IMG/VR virus record: IMGVR_UViG_3300036783_000127 | Location: 1-34,686 of that record | DNA length: 34,686 bases | Direction: 5' to 3' (one strand) | From: a virus | Lineage: Duplodnaviria; Caudoviricetes | In this document: one piece after another, positions 28,840 to 34,686 of the stretch | Layout: each line of letters begins with the position of its first letter | Numbering within the stretch: position 1 is the stretch's first letter | Position numbers and translations under genes: made by a program | The notes under the pieces: model-generated | What the model was told of the DNA's origin: nothing | What the model saw: only the letters and a program-made list of their open reading frames with translations | Databases searched by the model: none

Positions 28840-29859
28840 TTACGCCAGAACGCCGAGCGCGTAGGCCCGGTCCAGCACTCTAATGATCATTTCCAGCTGC
28901 GAGCCATATTTGCGCTCGAATGCCAGGCGGTCGTTATGCAGTTCGGTATGATGTTTTCGGCAAAGTGGAATGGAGAAGATGTCGTGCGCTTTTGTTGCCA
29001 TACCACCCTGCCCCCATCCGATTAAGTGATGCGGGTCGTCTGATTGCTGCTGGCAGCATTCGCAGGGCTGTGTTTTCACCCAATTCAGATAATCGCGACT
29101 TTCCCAGCGCAGACTCTTTGGGCGCCGCATGAAAGACTGAGGCGGCGCTTGATCCACCACCACACCCACCAGCGGTTCTGTCAGAGCATCAGGCAGGTCA
29201 ACGGCTGACACTAATTCCCCAAGGATGCTGGTGGCCGGTATTGCAGGCGTAATATCGCTTTCGCGACCAATCCTGCTTTCTTCAGGTAAACGAAGTACTT
29301 CCCGGGCGCAACATTCCGGTAAGGCATCCGTTACAGTCTTACGAACAGCCCACCAGCTGAGTTCAGGGAGGGAAATCTCGCGGCTTTTGTCGATACCGAG
29401 AGAAATACGAACAGAATCCAGAACAAAGGCAATTACGTTCCTGCATGCCAGCTCTGCCAGCGCCTCGGTTTGCTGCTCTCGCAACTGATGGTCGCAATAG
29501 CCACAAAGCAGGATAGAGCCCGGCTCATGGTGCATGATGGTTAGTTCATGATAGTGGTAATCACTATGAGCATACTGGCAATGTCCGCCACCATACTTTA
29601 GCAACCAGTAATCAAGCCCGCTTATGCCACCAGCTGCAGTCAGTACCTTTTTATTCAAAAAGAAGCTTCGCAGCTGCTCATTTTCAGCCAGTGGCTGCCG
29701 CGCATCCGCAACACGACCAGTTTGATACCCGGCCATACTTTCTGGCTGGCGCTCGATCAGCACTCTTCCTGCGGTGAACAAGTCCATCAGCTCTCTTCCT
29801 GGCTTCAACAGTACGACACCCAGCTCCCGCGCAATCACAGGTTTAAGAAGCGCACGCAT
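28840..29859 (-). CDS. DUF968/YdfU-family protein
   Basis: MRALLKP..ELGVVLLKPG; YLNWVKTQPCECC..DDPHHLIG..PLCRKHH. Confidence 0.88.
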   Translation of the reverse strand: MRALLKPVIARELGVVLLKPGRELMDLFTAGRVLIERQPESMAGYQTGRVADARQPLAENEQLRSFFLNKKVLTAAGGISGLDYWLLKYGGGHCQYAHSDYHYHELTIMHHEPGSILLCGYCDHQLREQQTEALAELACRNVIAFVLDSVRISLGIDKSREISLPELSWWAVRKTVTDALPECCAREVLRLPEESRIGRESDITPAIPATSILGELVSAVDLPDALTEPLVGVVVDQAPPQSFMRRPKSLRWESRDYLNWVKTQPCECCQQQSDDPHHLIGWGQGGMATKAHDIFSIPLCRKHHTELHNDRLAFERKYGSQLEMIIRVLDRAYALGVLA

Positions 29860-30221
29860 CACTCGCTCTCCCTGATAATGATCTGCCCATTCTCGCCCCA
29901 GAGCTTTGTTATCCTTGAATCCCAAATATGCGTGTCGTCTTCGAAGAGCGCATACATCAAAGACTTCAGCAGGTTATCAAGATCGTGCTTACCCTGATGG
30001 GGCTTCCCGTTCATCTCTGTGCGCTTTTTCTTGCTCCAGCTCTTCGGCATTGGAAGAACGAAGGTAACGTGTGAATTCGATTCGGGCATGCAAATGCCCA
30101 GGAGCCGGACGTGATCGCAAAAGGCCCGGTAACGCATAACTTCAGGGCGCTTCTTCCATTTGTCGGCACGCGGCATGCGTGGCTTACCCATCGGGAGGAT
30201 GTTGTAGATTGTCACAATCAC
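29859..30221 (-). CDS. rusA: RusA-family Holliday junction resolvase
   Basis: PMGKPRM, PMPKSWSKKK, DLDNLLK..FEDD. Confidence 0.8.
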   Translation of the reverse strand: MIVTIYNILPMGKPRMPRADKWKKRPEVMRYRAFCDHVRLLGICMPESNSHVTFVLPMPKSWSKKKRTEMNGKPHQGKHDLDNLLKSLMYALFEDDTHIWDSRITKLWGENGQIIIRESE

Positions 30222-30418
30222 CCCCATGCCCGGGAACGCATGCTTTGCGCTGTCTTAGCGGAGGAGTTTTGCTGGGGTAGTAGTGCGCTGACTATCCAAA
30301 GACGAGGGTCAATATCGAGGCTTTTCTCGACGAGAACGCCTTTAGACTTATAGCGCGCCACCAGCTCATTGGCTTCTTCGGTTGTCAGACCGGTGTGAGT
30401 GAACCAGCTTTTCTTCAT
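30218..30418 (-). CDS. conserved small phage protein
   Basis: 66 aa, GGAGG RBS, overlaps both neighbours. Confidence 0.75.
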   Translation of the reverse strand: MKKSWFTHTGLTTEEANELVARYKSKGVLVEKSLDIDPRLWIVSALLPQQNSSAKTAQSMRSRAWG

Positions 30419-30507
30419 GCCACCTCCAGCAGTTGCAGAGGCAAAAGAAAATCGCTGGCCCTAATAAGGGTCAGTGAGAAATTAATCTTGATTGTTTCTT
30501 GCGCCAT
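30415..30507 (-). CDS. 30-aa leader ORF (not in ORF track)
   Basis: GGAG RBS; MAQETIKINFSLTLIRASDFLLPLQLLEVA*; ATGA overlap with next gene. Confidence 0.6.
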   Translation of the reverse strand: MAQETIKINFSLTLIRASDFLLPLQLLEVA

Positions 30508-30555
30508 TGTTTGTCTCCAGTGGCGCAGCAGGTATAGGGTGTTCAGGCCTATGAA
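30495..30555 (-). ncRNA. IsrK-like two-hairpin leader / sRNA
   Basis: ATAGG-CCTGAACAC-CCTAT and TGCGCCA..TGGCGCA hairpins; extended -10 TGTTAGACT (30567-30559); upstream of the Q operon. Confidence 0.55.
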
Positions 30556-30626
30556 TTAAGTCTAACAGAGTTGAAAGAGATACGAAAACAGAAAGGAATA
30601 CATAATTTATTAGCAGCAATATAAAG

Positions 30627-30651
30627 AAAAACCGAGCCTCAGCCCGGTTTT
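30627..30651 (-). terminator. terminator after immunity gene
   Basis: AAAACCGGGC-TGAG-GCTCGGTTTTT. Confidence 0.75.
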
Positions 30652-30674
30652 AACATTACATAGCCAATTTCATA

Positions 30675-30929
30675 TTACCATTTATCACGATAATCAAAGG
30701 CGACAAAGTAATTGAACTTGCTGGTATCAATACGATTCTGGAAATGAGGTTGCAGTAGTGGCACCCAACCATTATCCATATCGAATTCACCGTTATTGAG
30801 GTTGTCCTTCATTGGAAGACCGAGGCTCTCCATTACTGAACTATCCTCTCCAAAGTCTTTAGATACCTCTTCACCTTTAAAGTCTTCTGTCTTTTTATCG
30901 AACCAGCTAATGCGAATTTTTAAGCCCAT
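30675..30929 (-). CDS. colicin E3/cloacin-family immunity protein
   Basis: [39 protein letters not shown]; 84 aa directly after the toxin. Confidence 0.95.
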   Translation of the reverse strand: MGLKIRISWFDKKTEDFKGEEVSKDFGEDSSVMESLGLPMKDNLNNGEFDMDNGWVPLLQPHFQNRIDTSKFNYFVAFDYRDKW

Positions 30930-30938
30930 AAGTCCCTC

Positions 30939-32516
30939 TCAAAGATATTTTTTAATGTTGCGCTTCGGATCCGGCCCTTTGACCTGCTTACCCGATGCAG
31001 GGTCAAACGCACCTAAGTGACTACCATCACTCGCACGATAACCTTCAAGTTCCCCATGCTGGGAATCCCATTCGTAAATTTTACTCTTTTTATCACCATA
31101 CCAGCGAGGCCGTTTACCGCCACCATTTTGTTTAGGTGTTTTGGGTGCACCTTTGGTCAGGTCACCGAATCCCTTAATTTCATCAGTTTTTGGTACTGGA
31201 TGATAATCATGACCATAGTCTTTTGCACCCTTACGCGGCTTTTTCTTTTCGTCAGCCAGTTTTTGCTCTGAAGCTTTTTTCTTTTGCTCCTTCTGCTTAC
31301 GGCTTTCTACAGCAACACCCAGGGCTTTCTCCGCATCTGCTTTTTCTTTTACTGATGCATCGTAAGCTGTTTGCCGATTTTTGGCTTCCTTTTGGGCCAA
31401 TCCTAATTGATAACCAGCCTGCTGAAATACGCGATGACCAGGATGGCTCTGGTCATGGGCATATACTGAAGTTTGTTGAACAAATTTCTGTGCGTTTTCT
31501 ACAGCTTTGTTAGAGGCGTCGAGTTCACTCTTACGCAGTGGTATTGCCTGAACAGCTTTGTTAACTCGCTCCTGAGCTTTTACAATATCGCCTTGAGCAC
31601 GACTCAACTCATCTCCGGCGTCTTTATCTTCTTTGGCTGCAGCTTCAACAGGGCTATTTAATGCCCATGCAAGCGTTCGGCGTTTCTCCTCCTCCAGACG
31701 CTTTTTAACCTGATCAGGCGTGCTCACCTCAGTAACGGATACGTAAATAGGTGGACTCTTGCCATCAGGAAAACGAACTATAGCCTCGTGAGTGTTTTGT
31801 CCAGTTGTGAAACCTGGATATCGAGAGATTCCCTGCTCTTTCTGAATACCTTTTGGTTGTGATTGTGATATAGCAGGTGCTTTCCCCGTATCAACTTTCA
31901 CGTGCAGATCCGGTTTACCCGGAACTATACCAGCAGTGTAAACCCCTGGGCGTTTCGTTGGTTTCGCATCGACAACCGGAACGCTCATCTGCATATTTTT
32001 ACTTTTGACCACAGCGATATGCTGCTTACCATCTTCATCAACAACATCAGCAATTCGTGTGTGAACAACTGTTGCTTTCTGAGTAGGTAATGCAGCGGGA
32101 GGAGTAGTCGAAATTTTATCAAATGGCAAAGAGTTAACCAGATGAGCCGTCGCCATCATACGGGGATCGTCTTTGGCGATTTCGGATGGAATCAGAGCAC
32201 CAATAGTTGCTCCTAAAAGACGGCCGGCAAGCGGAGCTGCAGCGACCGCACCTTGCTCAAGGCGCGTCAGTGCAGCTTGCATAGCTTCCTGAAGCGTAGT
32301 TTTGGTAAACAAGGTAAAACCCCACATACCATCATAAACTCCAATGACAGCGGGTACACCGTAGGCAGCAGGTTTCTGCGCCTCTGGCGTACTAGAGAGG
32401 TTTGCACCGGATGTATTAGACCCGTTACCGCCTCCATTACCGCCGCCCCCCCAATGAATGCCGCTATCTTTACCGCCAGAACTACCATCTACATTAATAG
32501 TATCTTCGTTAGGCAT
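30939..32516 (-). CDS. colicin E3/cloacin-like 16S rRNase bacteriocin
   Basis: 525 aa from ATG at 32516 (AGAGGA RBS); Gly-rich N-terminus, PSEIAKDDP translocation domain, coiled coil, KIYEWDSQHGELEGY..DPKRNIKKYL nuclease domain. Confidence 0.95.
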   Translation of the reverse strand: MPNEDTINVDGSSGGKDSGIHWGGGGNGGGNGSNTSGANLSSTPEAQKPAAYGVPAVIGVYDGMWGFTLFTKTTLQEAMQAALTRLEQGAVAAAPLAGRLLGATIGALIPSEIAKDDPRMMATAHLVNSLPFDKISTTPPAALPTQKATVVHTRIADVVDEDGKQHIAVVKSKNMQMSVPVVDAKPTKRPGVYTAGIVPGKPDLHVKVDTGKAPAISQSQPKGIQKEQGISRYPGFTTGQNTHEAIVRFPDGKSPPIYVSVTEVSTPDQVKKRLEEEKRRTLAWALNSPVEAAAKEDKDAGDELSRAQGDIVKAQERVNKAVQAIPLRKSELDASNKAVENAQKFVQQTSVYAHDQSHPGHRVFQQAGYQLGLAQKEAKNRQTAYDASVKEKADAEKALGVAVESRKQKEQKKKASEQKLADEKKKPRKGAKDYGHDYHPVPKTDEIKGFGDLTKGAPKTPKQNGGGKRPRWYGDKKSKIYEWDSQHGELEGYRASDGSHLGAFDPASGKQVKGPDPKRNIKKYL

Positions 32517-32559
32517 AAAATTCCTCTTTGACTTTAAAATCAATAAATAAAACAAAAAA

Positions 32560-32611
32560 CTGTATACATATACAGTTGTTTTATGCTATTCCTGAGCTGC
32601 TTTAAAGTCAA
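32560..32611 (-). promoter_or_regulatory. bacteriocin promoter with LexA box
   Basis: TTGACT-17-TAGCAT (32611-32583), then CTGTATATGTATACAG (32575-32560). Confidence 0.9.
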
Positions 32612-32801
32612 TGTTGAAAGATACAAAAAAACAAAAATTGGTAGTTTTTTATTATCTCTAAAACAGTAGGTTGGGAGAGAAATGTATGAAAAGGGAATTT
32701 TGCTGCAGATTGACTGGCAGTCGATTCCGAGAAGGAGAACATAGAGTTATTGCTGTACCAACAACTCTATATTTGAAATTGAAAAATTTACTTATCTGAA
32801 T

Positions 32802-33050
32802 CTAACTTGATGGTAATTGAACCCGATACCCAGCTTTTTCCAACATTTGGGTAAATAGCGTTGGCGTACCAATAATTTCTTCGTCCCGCAAAGGAGTGAA
32901 CGACACCATATCGCCACGTCTATACATCAAAGCGCGATCACATTCTGGAAATGAGTGCAGTCTGGCAACGATAACCCCATCGTGGCATCTGATGACCGCG
33001 TAACCCTTGCTCGGTAATTCTTCTTCTTGTTTCACCAATTTCCCCTCCAC
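32802..33050 (-). CDS. small hypothetical phage protein downstream of dinI
   Basis: About 77-82 aa, GGAGG RBS; followed by 12-bp hairpin 32741-32770. Confidence 0.7.
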   Translation of the reverse strand: MEGKLVKQEEELPSKGYAVIRCHDGVIVARLHSFPECDRALMYRRGDMVSFTPLRDEEIIGTPTLFTQMLEKAGYRVQLPSS

Positions 33051-33074
33051 ACTGGAAAGTTATTGCATGCTGTA

Positions 33075-33308
33075 TCAATAAAACCAGTCGTCTGCACTTT
33101 CCCAGGTCTGCTGGAGGATTTCCTCAACCTTCTTCTTGGATTCTTTCTCACCCCCGTAAACACTTAACCCATCGGTGCCTGCATGCCGTATTACCAGACT
33201 GCATTCATCGAACTGATTCTGGAGTCTTTTTAACAGTTCTTTTTCCAGTGCCGGAACCGCTCCTTTAGGAAGTTCTTTAGTACGATCAATGGTTAATTCA
33301 ACTTTCAT
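33075..33308 (-). CDS. dinI: DinI-family protein
   Basis: LPKGAVPALEKELLKRL..LQQTWESADDWF. Confidence 0.9.
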   Translation of the reverse strand: MKVELTIDRTKELPKGAVPALEKELLKRLQNQFDECSLVIRHAGTDGLSVYGGEKESKKKVEEILQQTWESADDWFY

Positions 33309-33328
33309 AAATGCCTCCGCTGCTTTAA

Positions 33329-33344
33329 CTGTATATTCATACAG
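33329..33344 (-). promoter_or_regulatory. LexA box overlapping the dinI -10
   Basis: CTGTATGAATATACAG; promoter TTGATC-17-TACTGT. Confidence 0.9.
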
Positions 33345-33541
33345 TACACTGCAGGGTGGGTTTGATCAACGCTTTAACCGCACGAAATGCAAATACGCAT
33401 ATCAGTTGATGAAAAAAAAATCGCTGTAAGTGGCTTTCTATTAACGTAAAAACTCATTGGATTGGTATAGATCATCAAAATTAGTGGGCACTAAAACAAA
33501 GTTCATCTAACAAAAACTTCAGCACAAGCATTGCTCGTGGG

Positions 33542-33565
33542 GTCCGCTTAGTGCCAGGAGAAGAC
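33542..33565. repeat. 24-bp imperfect palindrome, copy A
   Basis: GTCCGCT-TAGTGCCAGG-AGAAGAC. Confidence 0.5.
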
Positions 33566-33599
33566 ATTACTAGCTCGAAACGTGCTTAATCAAAAGTGC

Positions 33600-33854
33600 T
33601 CACGCCTCTATCCCCTTACCCCTTGCCAGGTTAATCCTGTCAACGCATTCCCTCAATGCTTTGACTTGTTCCGGAGAGAGTTCAGATTCATCAATGTTGG
33701 CCAGAAGAGCATTGAGGGAGCGCTCAATATCATTTTTTGTTAACCGTAAACAGATAACCTTAACCCAACGTGGCGAGACCTTGCTGCGGCCGATTGCTCT
33801 TGTGATTCGTAATTTCATGCCATGTATCTCAACCATCAGTGTGGAGGTTTTCAA
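33600..33854 (-). CDS. hypothetical protein (start may be the later ATG of MKLRIT)
   Basis: ORF track; no family recognised. Confidence 0.55.
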   Translation of the reverse strand: MKTSTLMVEIHGMKLRITRAIGRSKVSPRWVKVICLRLTKNDIERSLNALLANIDESELSPEQVKALRECVDRINLARGKGIEA

Positions 33855-34051
33855 ACTCGCTTATAACACGCATTGGATAGGCCTTCTGTTATTATTTCAC
33901 CTGCAAGTTGACAATAGGCGTTGCGCCTCGGAGCAACCAGCTTTCAGCAAACATTAAAATTAGTTTCCCAGTCTGATACGCAAGCGCTATCTCGCACCAG
34001 AGGGGTACTGGCTTAACTATGGAAGTTTAACGATCTGATACAGGTTGGGAT

Positions 34052-34075
34052 GTCAGCTTTGAGCCTGAAGCGGAC
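34052..34075. repeat. 24-bp imperfect palindrome, copy B
   Basis: GTCAGCT-TTGAGCCTGA-AGCGGAC. Confidence 0.55.
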
Positions 34076-34204
34076 GTTGAAAGGTTTCGGTCTGACCCGC
34101 CCGAACTCACACTAAGCTTGTTTAAAAATGGTCGTCCGAATTTCGGTTGTGAGGTCCTTACTGAATGCTTAGATTCATTTTCAATCTATTGAGAGGAAAT
34201 GAAT

Positions 34205-34686
34205 ATGAATTTTGCAGAACTCCACAACCAGCATCAACCTCTTCTTATCGCTAACGTTTGGGACGCCGCTAGTGCTGTCGCAGCGCAAAAAGCAGGTTAT
34301 CAGGTACTGGGAACGTCCAGTGCAGCAATAGCGTCCACCCTGGGATATGAAGACGGGCAGGGAATGCCGTTTAATGAATTATTTTATTTGGTCACCCGTA
34401 TCCGGGCTGTCAGCAACCTGCCATTGAGCGTTGACATGGAAGCAGGGTATGGTAATTCAGCCGAAGAGATAACAGCCAATCTCAAGCGCCTCGCACAGAT
34501 AGGCGTATCAGGCGTAAACCTTGAAGACAGCAGAATCGTTAATGGGGTTCGTCAGCTTGACGATGCATCTCATTTTTCCCGTAATCTGAGAGCAGTATGC
34601 AATGTGCTGAGAAGCGAAAATTATAACCTGTTTCTGAACATCCGGACCGACACGTACCTGCTCGGTCATGAAAGCGCGTTGCAGGA
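34205..34686 (+). CDS. isocitrate lyase / PEP-mutase family protein, runs off the window
   Basis: MNFAELH..NVWDAASA..GTSSAAIA..GYEDG..DMEAGYG..GVNLED..NIRTDTY; GAGG RBS. Confidence 0.88.
   Translation, partial: MNFAELHNQHQPLLIANVWDAASAVAAQKAGYQVLGTSSAAIASTLGYEDGQGMPFNELFYLVTRIRAVSNLPLSVDMEAGYGNSAEEITANLKRLAQIGVSGVNLEDSRIVNGVRQLDDASHFSRNLRAVCNVLRSENYNLFLNIRTDTYLLGHESALQ

Larger units (their letters stand above)
636..33370 (-). mobile_element. lambdoid siphovirus prophage (partial view, ends not determined)
   Basis: Co-oriented Q, lysis, packaging, head and tail modules. Confidence 0.93.

Noticed and set aside
30560-30674. Colicin lysis lipoprotein gene after the immunity gene
   Set aside because: No ORF with signal peptide and lipobox; a terminator follows directly
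1-34686. CRISPR array, tRNA, rRNA, IS element or att core repeats
   Set aside because: None recognised by eye in the window

Overview
Most of the window (about 630-33350) is the late and early-right part of a lambdoid siphovirus prophage, read almost entirely on the minus strand; an Enterobacter/Klebsiella-type host is an inference. In transcription order it holds: LexA-boxed dinI; a LexA-boxed colicin E3/cloacin-type rRNase bacteriocin plus immunity gene with no colicin lysis gene; an IsrK-like leader with small ORF; RusA-like, DUF968 and Q antiterminator genes; the late promoter; pinholin, SAR endolysin and spanins; an AT-rich accessory stretch containing an orphan lambda-type cosQ-cosN; HNH, P27-like terminase, portal, S49 protease and HK97-fold capsid; a lambda-like tail with a G/GT frameshift; a tail fibre whose C-terminus sits in a Pin/Gin-type invertible segment; and LexA-boxed umuDC. 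No integrase, repressor or replication genes and no att sites are visible, and they may lie beyond the window. The right end has a small ORF bracketed by two 24-bp palindromic repeats and the start of an ICL/PEP-mutase-family gene. All family assignments come from recognising motifs by eye, not from database searches.
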